In this document: positions 1 through 12,800 of the stretch, piece by piece
How the letters are laid out: each line of letters begins with the position of its first letter
Numbering within the stretch: the first letter of the stretch is position 1
Source: Haliotis cracherodii
Lineage: Eukaryota
Reading direction: 5' to 3'
Assembly: GCF_022045235.1 (NCBI RefSeq)
Contig: NW_027266266.1
Location: 24,862,001-24,926,000 of the forward strand
Length of the DNA: 64,000 nt
The notes under the pieces: generated by a model
Seen by the model: only the letters and a program-made list of their open reading frames with translations
Database searches by the model: none
What the model was told of the DNA's origin: nothing
Translations under genes and position numbers: made by a program

Positions 1-1542
1 CAAATTCGTGTAAAACGTCACAACATGTCAGTTAGTGTATCAATATTGGATCAGATATGTGTCCTGTGTCAAACGCTGCGTTAAATAGATAATATTGATA
101 ATGTCGCTGATTCATTTCCAGTGTGTTCAGAGAGATCGGATGACCTCGAGTTGATATACAACAGGCGAAACACCGATTACAGATAAAGAATTTCGTCAAA
201 AAATACTGTGTCAAATGTTGTCGGCTCACTATTGTATCACAGTTAACTTTGTTCATATATTTTTGCCGTCTGTTCACAGGAAGATCCGAAGCCAACCCCT
301 CCACTCGCTAGTGGTGTATCACTGAGAAGCCTTCGTCCCCATCTGATGTGTATCGCGCCTGTTATAAACACGTATCAGTGAAACGTTTAATAAAATTCTG
401 CTGTGAATGTTAATCTGTTGTGTGCTTCTTTGTAGCTCTGTTCAAATTCTTATGGTGTTATTATCACTTGAGTGAGTGGGTGAATTGGGTCTTAAGCTGC
501 GTTTGCAAAGTGTGGAATGCAGGTCTTGGGCGCTAACAGTTTAAGTGAAACCCACGGGATTCGAACCCATGGTCATAGGATTCTTACACGCCAAAGGCGA
601 CGAATATTTGGACGTGTTGTATCCTTGTTGAATGTAAGTAAATACCAGTGGAAAGAAGGTACCTAACATTCTTTAACCAGTGATAATATAGGATTATTTT
701 GTCAGAACATCCATCACAGCAAGTGTTCTAAAACCCGAGGACATTATTTGTTTTCAGGACACAGAATGTCAGAAAAATAATAAAAACAGTCCTTTCATAT
801 TGGAATACACTCTTCGATAAGTTAATCAGACTCGTCATTCATATAAGAGACAACTTAAATCGGTGGAAAGTCATGGTGAAACAAACTGGTTAAAGTTGCT
901 GAGGCGTCTGTGTCATGTACCCGTATTAGGACGCTTTTTATCTCTAATATTGCACGAGGAGAATCAAGACAACTACATTGTTCGACACCATCGATTATTC
1001 TCCCCAAGGGAAGTAACTCTCATCGGTACACCATCTTCGGTAAAGGCCAACGGGATTATCTCCCTTAAAAATACAACTATCAAGCTCCTTCCCAGCGCGT
1101 GACACCTTCGTTACACTCTCAGTAACATCGCTGCCACCAGTGTGGGCGCGGCCATTACAGGAATCTTGAAATTTGCCCTCTAACCCCAAATGTACTCAAT
1201 ATATATATATTTGTGGTGTCTTTGTGTCGAGTCAAGTGATTTATTTTGTAAAATTGTTCGTAAGAAATTGCTGTGGTATTGCGCATGAAACATATCGACA
1301 TTTGTCAGATGCAAAATTGGTTCGAGATGTCATATGAAATCAATGTTTGTTAATAGCTATATTGAAAAAAATTAACTATGAAAAATGTTAACAGTGGATA
1401 TCGAGCAAAAAACACAAAACAGAAACCACATTTGTATAAAATTTATACCCCTTGTCATGGACTATTTTGTTTACGTAGATTTTTTCTATTTACCAATGTT
1501 GTGAACAAAATATATTACTACGCTGTCACGAATTCGTCTGCT

Positions 1543-4052
1543 ATGGACGCCTTGAGTATTTTCTATTTTGGCAATAGTCATGACAAATTTAAACCAAAAC
1601 AGCTAGAAGCATTAGAGAAAATTGCCAATTTTTCAAAAGATAAAAGAGACCTTATTGTTAATTTACCTGTTGGCTATGGTAAAAGTATTTTGTACCATTT
1701 AGCACCGTACATACTTGCCGGTATTGTAATCGTTGTCAGTCCTCTGAACATTATCCAAAATGATCAGCTTCTTCATCTGCAGAAACTCAACATACCGGCT
1801 TGCCGAATTGACGTTGAGGGCAAGGTGACTGTCTATTGTGAATGTCTTTTGTGATAGATATTGGCTAAATGAACTAGCGATTGGTGAAGTAATTATTCTA
1901 CGAAGAACCTGCCTCCGCCTCCGGTCCCGCCCACGGTCCCGCCCACGGCCCCGCCCCCAACCTCCTACCAATATCTAATAAAATCAATTTAACAAAAATA
2001 CAACGAAGTAATCATCGGATTTAATTGGTTAAAAAAAGTTCTAATAAGTGATGTTGAGGTTAAAAAACCTGTACATTTCCCATTGTCTGGTTAAAATATA
2101 TTGACAAACTGTAAGTTCACATACTTCTGAAGTCTTCAATATGTTTGATGGAACATGTAAATTATCATTAAAAATATTATGAAGCTAGGCAAGCGGTGTT
2201 GGGACTTTGGAATGTGATAATACAGAAAGTGTAAGGTTGCATGAATTAGTATTTATAATGTTTTATCTGTAGTGGTGATATATATTAAGACAGCAAATTT
2301 TATGTTGGTATATTTAAAAAAATATTTATGTCATAAGTATAATGGGGTGAGTTTTTCCCATTACAGTCATTTATTGTAGAAAACGTCTGTTAAGAGTGTT
2401 TTAGGTTGTGTTTTTTATTACAAGTGGCTTACTGTGTAATTTTGTCTGTTTGAAGTGACATGACAGTATGATATTATGATGTACATGCATAACCTACAAT
2501 ATTTAAATATCCTAACCTTCTTGATTTCCAAACCATAAAAACTCACATGCCCAAAATACATATATTCATTTTACTTCTATTTGTAAATGTTTGTGTCCAT
2601 TTGTCTTCTTATGAATCATATTTTTTTTCTCACTTTTCTGTTTTTGTATTTCTTCCTTTGGATGTTTTTGCAGAAAAACTAGCTTATTACAATGCCTAAC
2701 ATGAGATATTGTAACCGAAAATTATAACAATCTTGCTTAAGTTAATCTATAGAAATATTTCCAGGTGTACACTGTTGATGGAGACAGTTGTATGGCTGAT
2801 GTCTTGACATCAAAGTTTAACATCATCATGTGTCATCCAGAGGGACTGTTAAACGTGATGAATGAGTTGAGAGACACTGAATTCTGTTCCAAAGAAATCA
2901 AGGCAGTCTTCATTGATGAGTGTCATATTGTTGAAGAATGGTAAGAAACAATGATATGTTTGATTAAATATTTATCAACTCTAAGTAATAGCAAGATAAC
3001 CAAACAACATGTTAATGTCAAAATATAATATGCATAATAATGTACTTTAAACACATTTATTCTCATTGTAATGAAGTTACAATTAAAATACTCATAAAGT
3101 AATAAGAGTCTGTCCTAGTACATGAACCCTAATTTTACCTGCTTTATTAATTTGACTTTTGAGTGTGTGTTCTCTGTCTTTTGCCATAAAGGGACAGCAT
3201 AAAAAGTTAACATAATTAATCTTCTAATACAGGGGTAAAGAATTCAGGAAAGGATATCATTCCCTGAAGAATTTGCCAGCCGTATTCACCAATGCCATGT
3301 TCATTGGTTTGAGTGGAACTTTGACTGTTTTACAACTGGCAAGACTTCCTTCAGTTCTTGGAATGGTTGATCCTGCAATAATCCAGGATGTGCCGGATCG
3401 CCCAAACATCTACTTATCCAAAATATGCAAGGATAGTATTTATGAGTGTGGAGATGTTGTTGGAGTATTTGAAAACATTTATGTACCAGAAATTGACAAA
3501 TTGTATGCCAATCCTGATCTGTACCCAGTTACCCTCATGTTTCTGCCTATGAAATACATGAGTGAAGCAGTTCGCTACATAACCAAAATGTTTGGTAAAC
3601 AAACAATTCATGCATCCAGGTATTCATGTTTATATTCTACTCAAGACAAGGAAATTACTGATGTAACATTAGAAGAATTAAAGAAACCAGACCCCAGAAT
3701 TAGACTAATATTAGCAACATCTAGTGCTGGTATGGGTTTTGACCCTGTGAACATAACAAGAGTCATTCACTGTTGCCCACCCAGATGCATTTCCAGATAT
3801 CTTCAGGAAATCGGCAGAGCTGGGCGGAGAAATCAGCAAGCAGAAGCCCTTTTGTATTTTGATAACAATGACATCAAAGCCAATCTGCCAGGCATACAAC
3901 TGGATATCATAGAATACTGCAAAACAACATCATGTATGAGAACCCTTTTGTTGAATGTGTTTGGATTTGAAAAAAATGACAAAAGTCCAAAAGGATGTAT
4001 GTGCTGCGTTAATTGTCGCTTCTGTTGTAAATGTAGCTCATGCTGTAAATAA
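1543..4052 (+). CDS. RecQ-like SF2 helicase, 3 exons (1543-1824, 2765-2940, 3233-4052), ~425 aa, transposon-encoded
   Basis: GT-AG introns with consistent phases 0 and 2. Motifs: LPVGYGKS (Walker A), VVSPL, CHPE, IDECH, WGKEFR, LSGT, ATSSAGMGFD, QEIGRAGR, and a C-terminal Cys cluster (RQC zinc-like). No stops in the joined frame. Confidence 0.92.
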
Positions 4053-4269
4053 TCTGAAGAAAACTGATGTGCTCAACATTTCTGCAACTCTCAAATATAG
4101 TTACACACCATTATTATTGCAATGTGATATATCTTTGACCTCCTAAATAATAATAATATAGCCATGTTAATATATGTATGGCTGAAAAAGAACCAAGCAA
4201 ACACAAAGATATTGGATCAATGTGGGTCCAGTGTTGGAAGATAGCGTTGTACTCGTCCGGACTGATGCC

Positions 4270-4420
4270 GATTTATAGTGATAGCTCACTGAGATACCAT
4301 GCCGCAGTTTAACATGAATACCCCACTCAGACACAGTATACTGACTCCGAGCCGACCAGTCCTTGTTTTAGCCCCTTAATGCCGAGCGCCAGACAGGGTA
4401 ACAACAAGTACCATCTTTTA
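4270..4420 (-). mobile_element. SINE remnant (Meta-domain-like)
   Basis: atactgactccgagccgaccagtcc...ccttaatgccgagcgcc...caacaagtacca resembles the reverse complement of the Meta central domain of molluscan SINEs. Recognised from memory, not aligned. Confidence 0.5.
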
Positions 4421-4899
4421 ACGTTTAACTCATGCTGCTTAACTCATTGTGCTTTAATATTTGCTAACACCAAGTTCGTGTTTTATTTAGTCATTGTAGA
4501 ATGGAGATAAACATACTGTGTTTTCAATGTCGAGATGCGCATTGGGTTCCACTTCAATTTAGCGCCATAATTTACAGGTAACCTAGCTCTACATTGAAAA
4601 CATAGTATGTCTCCTAAATATAGAGTACATTTTAACATTAATAATTCCTCACTACCAAGAGATATGTACAATTTGTACACTGAAATCACAGCTTAAAATT
4701 TTTCCAATTATTTCTGTGAAATATTGACATATTCTTCAAGATGACAACTTTATGATATAAAATGTGATATTGATATTTGCAGTAATCCTCTAGTTCCAAG
4801 AAAGCCTTTCCATTAAGGCTCAGATGAATAAAATAGTATTCACTTCTTCTATTGGTTGTTCACTGCTGTTAGGCCATAGGTTTTGTTACATGTCTTTCA

Positions 4900-5140
4900 T
4901 TGTTACATACAAACATATTTATGACTTATAATTAATTCTTTATACATTTCAAGTGACTTGTCTCGTGCAATTGCATTTTTTACAGGCTAAGTTATACATT
5001 AGATCATTATTTTTAGAAGCCATTAATAGGATAAATTTATGAAGATATTTCCAATGCTTGAAATGGGTGTACTTTTTTTAAATAGAAAACAACCTACTAC
5101 ATACAAGCAAAAAGTGAAATTCATCTTCTGTTTTAGACTG
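4900..5140 (-). mobile_element. 3' fragment of a non-LTR (LINE) retrotransposon
   Basis: Minus-strand peptide EDEFHFLLVC is typical of the C-terminal Cys/His motif of invertebrate LINE ORF2. Degenerate. Confidence 0.5.
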
Positions 5141-5401
5141 ACAACTTTTGACAAGGACTGGTAAGATTTTCAAGTTGTCAGTCCTGTGGTCTGGGGGAAA
5201 TTTAATTGAAGTCTGCAACACTGTTAACACTGTCTTAAATATACCTTTGACACCTAGTTTTGGCAAACGTTTTCAAACTTTTCCTCTATCTACATAGGTG
5301 AAAGTCACACATAACTATCATCAGCCATCAGTATAACATTTTTGTCACACTAAATACACAGGTGAAAGTCACTCATCACTATCATCCAGGATTAGTATAA
5401 C

Positions 5402-5572
5402 CAGCGTTAGAAATTGGCACTAGTCCTGTAGTCCTTGCCAAACTGCCCAATACTTAAGGTATCATCACTGAGGTATCATTAGGACGGTTAGAAAATTTCC
5501 ATTTTTAAGGATTTTGCTATATCCTTATCATTATAAGGACTAGTGGACTAAACATGTTTGTTTCTACCACTG
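5402..5572 (+). mobile_element. MITE family B (CAGCG...CACTG ends, 5-bp TSD ATAAC)
   Basis: Ends CAGCGTTAGAAA / TTTCTACCACTG with ATAAC on both sides. Homologous to copies at 16586-16744, ~17454-17950, ~60578-60710, ~61370-61525 and a partial copy at 13155-13220. Confidence 0.8.
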
Positions 5573-6529
5573 ATAACATTTTTGTCACACTAAATACACA
5601 GTATAATATTTTGAGAATAACTATGTAGTAGCACCTTGTTGTCAGGGTAGTAAACACAACAAACGGCTACAGGGTGTGAGCTGATGGATGTTTATTTTCT
5701 CAGAAGAGAGAGGCGAATAAATATGCTGTGAAACAATGTATAAATAATAAGACATACTGCACAAAAGACATAGAACAATGACATTGTTATAATATACATA
5801 ATGGCCTTAAATCTAATGGACATTCAATGATATAACTTAAAATAGCGAGAAATAGCGAGAAACCTATGTTACTCATGTAGTAAGTAACCTGCAGAAAGAT
5901 ACAGTAATATATACTCAACAACAAAAGTTCCTGTGACACCAATATTTTAGTGTATTTTTCAAACAAGTAAAGTTTGGTTTTCAATATTGTAGTACATATA
6001 TGGAATCAAGTCACAAAACCGCAACTGCTACAGAAAAGCATGCATTTCATGCAAAAGTTGACTTTTATGCAATCCCCATGGACGGATTCGCGTGTACCGA
6101 CGTCGAGGTGAACGTTACGTTAATCATTGTGTCATGGAAGAAGATCGTTTCGAGGGCGGCATGAGGTATGAGAATTACTGCATGAGGTATGAGAATTACT
6201 ATGAGTTTATTTAGGGTTTAGTTTTACTTAGTTAATGTTCAGGTTAAGATGATAATAGCCTAGAAAAAAACAACTATTTATCAATTAAAGAAACTTCTTT
6301 ATAATCATGATAATACTTTATCATATAAAATAATCATAACCAGAATACACTGATTTGTGAATTCAATACACAACCTGACTAGCAATAAACCTAGCACAAC
6401 CTATTTCTAACTGTAAGATTTAGAAATACACAAATACATATAAAGTATCACAGAAGAAATATACTACAACTAACCTTCAAATCCATGAAATTAACACGTC
6501 CATTGGCTCCATGAATTAAATTCTGAATG

Positions 6530-6742
6530 TTTTGTTTGTTTGTTGTTTAACGCCGCACTCAGCAATATTCCAGCTATATGACGATGGTCTGTAAAGTAAT
6601 CGAGTCTGGACCATACAATCCAGTGATTGACATCATGAGCATTGATCCACGCAATTGGGATCGATGACATGGATCAATCAAGTCAGCGAGCCTGACCACC
6701 CGATCCCGTTAGTCGCCTTTTACGACAAGCATAGTCGCCTTT
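6530..6742. mobile_element. Dispersed SINE-like repeat (gtttgttgtttaacgccgcactcagcaatattccagctat...cccgttagtcgcc...acgacaagcat)
   Basis: The same sequence occurs in each array unit (e.g. ~15097-15300, ~32125-32345, ~58400-58610) and as fragments near 8620-8720 and 21000-21090. Confidence 0.7.
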
Positions 6743-6808
6743 AATAAAACTATGGCTAAAATAGAATTATAACATAAGTTGTATATACAAATTATCACTC
6801 TGCCACAA

Positions 6809-9800
6809 CTACACAGGTGGAAGTTCATCATCACTATCGCCATCATCAGCAGCAGCAACCGAATCACTGGTATCATCAGACTGATTACATCTGTCATCCA
6901 TGTCAATATGATCACCTTTCATCAATCTGAACACAATATCTTGGACTCTGATGAAAAGACTAGATTTTGTGAACTTTCTGAAAGGGGATGATACAATGCC
7001 CTTAAACCCATGACACTTTCTTCCTGCACAATGATGAAATGGCCTCAATTCATTAAGTGATTTTTGAATTGACTCTATCTGAGAAATACAAATCCTTTTG
7101 GAATGTCTGGTTGACTGTCGTTTGACTCCAAGAGATATCCTCAGGTTGTCACAAACTTTGAATATTGCACTTGCTGCACCTGTTGCTGTTATCATGGCGT
7201 TTTTGGTCTTGTTGGCACCAAGTTGTTTGATGAGCGCCTTCTGATTCTTTATGCTGTGTTCCTGCACTAGGTCAGCCTCAACACAATTTGAAATTCCTCC
7301 CTTGGTGTTAATGAAAGCTGTGTCAAGGACAAGTTCTTTCATCATTGGAGAGAGCAAGTAGCAGACTTTAATGAGAAAGTCAATATTCTCCACAAAATAT
7401 TTACTCTGTGAAGAATGGGCAAAAAAGAATGGAATGTTCATCTTGGCATTATGGATAAGTCTATCACTGTCTCCCTCTTTGGCTGTGTCATCAAGCTCCA
7501 TTAAATGGAGAGCCCAGTGGGATAGTTGCTGGCAATAACTGTAGACTTCATCAGGTTCAAACTGAGACTTTTCTTCCACCACTGTACCATCAGCATTTAC
7601 ATGAAAAATCAAATACATTCTTTCACAAGAATCCTTGAACGTTAAATCAAGGTATCCATAGTGGACAAGGAAAGCTCTTAAAACTGCCTCTGACGCTGTG
7701 GTTTTCTCTTCCAAAGACAGGTTGAAAACATCAACAGGAATATTCTTCAAAGCTGTCTTGTTGTCATCAGTGATACCAAAGTATTCACGTGCCTGTTCCA
7801 CAATAACAGCTTTTCCAACATGAACAAGTAGGTCATGATGAGACTGAAAATTCCTCTTAACATTTCCATTAACATTTGTCATGTTAAACTTGGCTTTGTA
7901 GAAGTATAGTGTCCCTGGCTGTCTAATTGACCTTGGGCTGAACAAAGCCTTGTATGCCTTCTGTGAAAAAAAATATACAGTGTCAGTGTATTATATACAC
8001 ATAGTGTGATGGCACTGTTACATAACTCACGAGCAGTCAAAAGTTTTAACACTTGACTTTCCGTATTAGAATCCTGACATTGATGTGAAATACAAGTTGT
8101 TACTAGTATATCATAAGGAAATATATTTTTTCTTTGCCCTCATAAAATGTTTCTGTTGGCTATCTAAATATTTTCGTTTTCATAAATATGTTTAAATGAA
8201 ATACAAAGGCACATGACATGAAATTGTGACAATATTGATAATTTGATTGGTATAATGTGAACAAATGATGTTGCAAGGTCGAGTCCAGTCAAGTAAAGAT
8301 GAAATACCTCCAAAAAGTCCTGCTTGTTGTGCCACCATTCAATAACAAATGGTCCAAGATCATCAAATCTTTTGGCAGGTGTAGGAGAAAGTGCTCTGAG
8401 ACTCTTGGCACCCTCAAGCCTTACCCTGGTGAGCTGATCCCCACCGACTGGAACATGAAGTTCCCTTAGCGCTGATTGGTCACCTGTATAACGAGAAAAT
8501 AATTTGAATATAATATTTATTAGTTAGATAATCATTTCAAATTGTTATTGTTTCTAAAAGTAGATTCATCTAATTCCACAATGATAACCTGTTGTGACTA
8601 CTGTTATGATACTACACAAATCCCATGAAGATCCATGGTAGAATAGGTCTTCAGCCACACGATTATTGACAGACCACCATCATATAGCTGAAATATTGCT
8701 GAGTGCGATGTTAAACAAAAAAAAAACAAAAAAAACACATACAAATTTTAACAAACAAATATGTGCAACTTTTACTTAAATAAATCTATTTTTAATATCC
8801 ATTAATTAGTGTCATAACACTCATATCAGATTACATTTACGTTGGGTACTGATGCATTCAATTGAAAACTACTCTAAAGTGCAATAAAGTGTTTCAGGAA
8901 AAGATGATTTTATTTACAATTAAGAGCAATATGAAACATGTAAATGAAGTTGTAATCATCACCATGTGCACTTGTAAAGAGTTCTGTCAACTGATCCTCA
9001 TAGCTATCAAGAATCTTCACACATTCTTCATACTTGGCTTCATTGCTGAATAACAGTGGCATGGGATGTACCTCTGTCTTCATGGATGCTGTTTTACTGT
9101 GGCTGTGTGGAATGTGTGTTGGGATGTTAAGCCATGATAGTGCTGGAATATCCTGAAATAATGGATTGAAACACAATGAATAACAGCTAACAGATGAAAC
9201 AGATAACAGTTACAGCTGGCATGAAATCAATAACAATTTCTCTCACATCAAAGCATTTGAATTCAAACCCTTACAAAATATGTCAAACCTAAACAACTTC
9301 CTAATCCACAGCTAAACAAAAGGATCTATAAAACTTTATGTTTCATTCATTTAGATATTAGTAAATCTGATCTGAGCATGCCAGATATTAATAACATATA
9401 TTATATGATTCTTAACCTTCAGTATTCTGCCAATGAGAACAATATAAGCTGAGGATAACTTGTTCAAAGTGTCTTCATTCGGGAGGACATCAGATGCGTT
9501 GATGCATGTAGATGATGGAGGGGGTGGTGAAGTGCTCAAGTTAATGTCAGCAAACTTGGAGAAAATGATGTTTGATGCAAACATGTGAAGATCCGTGTTG
9601 TCATTTTTAGTTGATCCTACTTTAGATGACCTGATATAGACATCCAAATTGTCTCCAGTGATCTATAAGAAATGAATCATATCACATTCATCATGTTCAA
9701 ATACTGCATTAATTCAGTCATACAACATTAAAATGATAACTAATGGAACACATAGAAGACTTATTTCAATGTAACAGTGCTAAATAATAAATTAACTTGT

Positions 9801-12800
9801 TGTGTTCTTTGCATTGAGTAATTACCTTGATCAATGGATTACATTGTAATGATCGAACAATGTTAAGCTTTGTTTGAGTCACTGCCTGGGCCATCATTCG
9901 GAGTTTGGTAGTTGGGGATTGGCACAATCCGATGTTGCTCAGTAGTACCATACTCTGTAAATAACGTCATAGAATGTGCACCGGAAAGCCTGGATTAGAC
10001 ATACAATGACTGAAAAAGAAGCATAGTCATATTTCAATTTAACACAGAAATTTAATTTATCAACATAATTAAAATGGGACAGTATAAAAATTTATAAAAA
10101 TGGGTGGACATAATTTCTTAATCAATTTTAGCATTAAACATCAGACAAAATACAGGTTCTGATGGGCTAACACATATATTTAAAATGTATATTTTTTTTA
10201 AAAGAATATTGTTTCCAAATAGACATGTGTCCATGACCATTGTAAACTGGTAATGTGTATATGCCATGTACATATATATATATATATATTAATTACAACT
10301 TTCTATCCTCAAAATCATTACTATCAATAACAAATGCTTTATAGTACTGTACCTGATCTTCTAAATGTCCTCTTATGAGAATGCATCCCACCATCTTATG
10401 CCATGCTGTTAGATGGATGTTTCGCATACGCATCAGTATGGAGTATGATGACGTTATTGCAGCCACTTTATTGAGTGGAATTTCACCATCCATACATCCA
10501 GTTACAGTGGACATTACAGCCAACAAGAATGGTGCCCTAGTAAAAGAGTATGAAACTAGCAAATTATGAACTATATTTTGATGCCTTCTATGTTCTCAGA
10601 ATAAGGGCTGTTTCTTCAGTACAATAAAAGCAGGATTACTTAGCAAATGAACAACACAGTGATCTTGCAATATATTTTTGGTAAACATAGTCAAAGGTAC
10701 ATAATTCATTCTAGAGGGATTTTAGTGTAACCAAATAAGCTCCTCTTCACATAACACTGTTATCACCTGACATGCATAAGTATTCAAATAAAATAACCAC
10801 TACATATAAAAGACTACAAGAAAGACATTATAACCCATTAAATAGAGGTCACTTGTTCTTTCACTTTCAGGTAAGCTAAAAAATGATGAAGAAAAGGCAA
10901 ATTAGTGTAGCTGACAAGGTAAAAACATCACACCATAAAAAGAAACATGTCATTTCAGTTTATGTGAGCTAAAAGTTGAGGGATTCAACCAATGTTTTGG
11001 TAACTTTAGTACTCAAGCTTATATTAAAACTAGTATTATATTACTCATATAACAATCATGATAAAAGTTTTATTACAATTAAAACATGACATTTTTCCCC
11101 CAAATATTACCTCATATTGTAAATTCACTCATCAAATTAGATTACCTTTCTTTCATCTCCTGAAATACCTGACCTATAAAGTCATGGCTATCTGTAAGAT
11201 TCTGCAGACTTGACTGCTCCCTGAGAACCGATGGAGATGATAATGATGATAGCTCTTGACAGTCTGACTGTAGCTGCTGTATCACTCTCTCGTTTATTTT
11301 ATTTCTTGAACTGGGGTGGGACAAAAGTAAGGTCACAACTTGCTCCAAGTCCTCAGATGCAACTGCTTCCATTAGTCCATGTAAATATGTCTGCTGTGGC
11401 TGTTTCCCAACTTCAGCAAATGACTCTAAACAGCGAAAAATACTGGTACCATTGTTGTATTTTTCCCATATATCAGAATCCATTACTCATCTGATAGAAA
11501 TACTAAAAATATATATATATATATTTCAGTTTACACTTTTGATAAATGTAGATGGCTTCTGTAGTTATTTAAATGAAAGAAGACATTAACTTTCTCCTAT
11601 CAAATAACATTTTTATCTCTTCAAAACATAAAAGTAGAATTGGTCCTATTAGATACTTAATTTCATGTATGTACCATGAGTTGAAAATGTAGATGGTAGC
11701 TTTTGTTTTGGTGGCAAATCCAAACAATAGTTGTGTTCACCAACTGCAGCCTTTGGTTTTTCATCGGGTTCAGTCCCTAAAACAAAGTAAAATAATGTGA
11801 GCATGTTCAGAAATAGACAACAATATCAGATAAGCAATCATCAGGACAAGCATGAGTACAATAGGTGCAAAGGAAATATTGTATTACGCATAAATCATAT
11901 GTGAAACACATTTTTCCAATAATTTATTATATAGCTTATTTCATTTCAACACATTTACAAACATTATTATTTACTCAAAGTATTCTCTTTTACTCTAATA
12001 GTATTATGTGTAATATACCACAAGCCACTTACCAGTAGAACAGATTTTGGTACACGGTGAGGCTGCATAAATGTGTTCAGCTTCTTTTTGCACAGAAACA
12101 GATGATGCTATATTCAAAAATAAGAAAATACATATTAGGCCAATGAAAATTTATGTATTTTAAAGATATGACAAAGGAAAACTAATTCTTAAATAATCTA
12201 CAGCTAAATCACATTACTTCCTTATACAACCAAAGTTCCTTTCAAATTTCATATTCACAGTAGAATACAGTACAAATGTAGTATCAGTATCTCTAACTCT
12301 GTATGTATCTATCATCTGTGAAAAAAGGGAGAAATAGGCCATACCATCTGATTCTTCATTATGGGAAGCAGGTGAACTTCTCTTGTTTTCTGTGTAACTT
12401 GTGGCATTCTTTTTGCACGTGGAAAGGTCAATGTTTAACTCTGTGAATGTAAATGATACTGCCAATCATTTAAATGTAGGAGCTGACACTGCCTAGTTAC
12501 AAATTGTCTGGTAATACACAATTCTGGTAAACCATCATCAATCACGACACACATATATTTTTTCAATATAAAGGGCCCAATGACCAAAACTACAAATATT
12601 GGTATTACATAACTATTAATCCAGTGTTAGGTCATTTTAACTGCACCAATGTAACATAACTAGTAATTATTTTTTATACAGAGTACAAATATGTACATTA
12701 TGAAAAACAGATGCATCTATGTACCTAGCTTCCTTCAATGTACACTTTGAGAAGAGCTGACATAACTTACTTAAGAAGTTTCTTATATTAAAACATATCA

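Noticed and set aside
32-304. Recurrent 90-aa ORF MEGLASDL...
   Set aside because: GTG start, length varies between units (66-118 aa) and it is disrupted in unit 5.
322-395. Possible second hammerhead (CTGAGAAG...GAAACGTTTAATAAA)
   Set aside because: Core spacing and stem II do not fit cleanly, and the GAAAC part is lost in unit 5.
1127-1141. CTCF site in the transposon subterminal box (CTGGTGGCAGC)
   Set aside because: Only the 3' half matches the CTCF consensus. Symmetric placement at both ends is better explained as a transposase-binding site.
1699-1971. RG-rich minus-strand ORF
   Set aside because: Arises from a short GC-rich 12-bp repeat (cggtcccgccca) in helicase intron 1 and overlaps the helicase antisense.
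1543-4052. Host RecQ gene (WRN/BLM/RECQL)
   Set aside because: Minimal helicase core only, located inside a TSD-flanked insertion absent from sister units.
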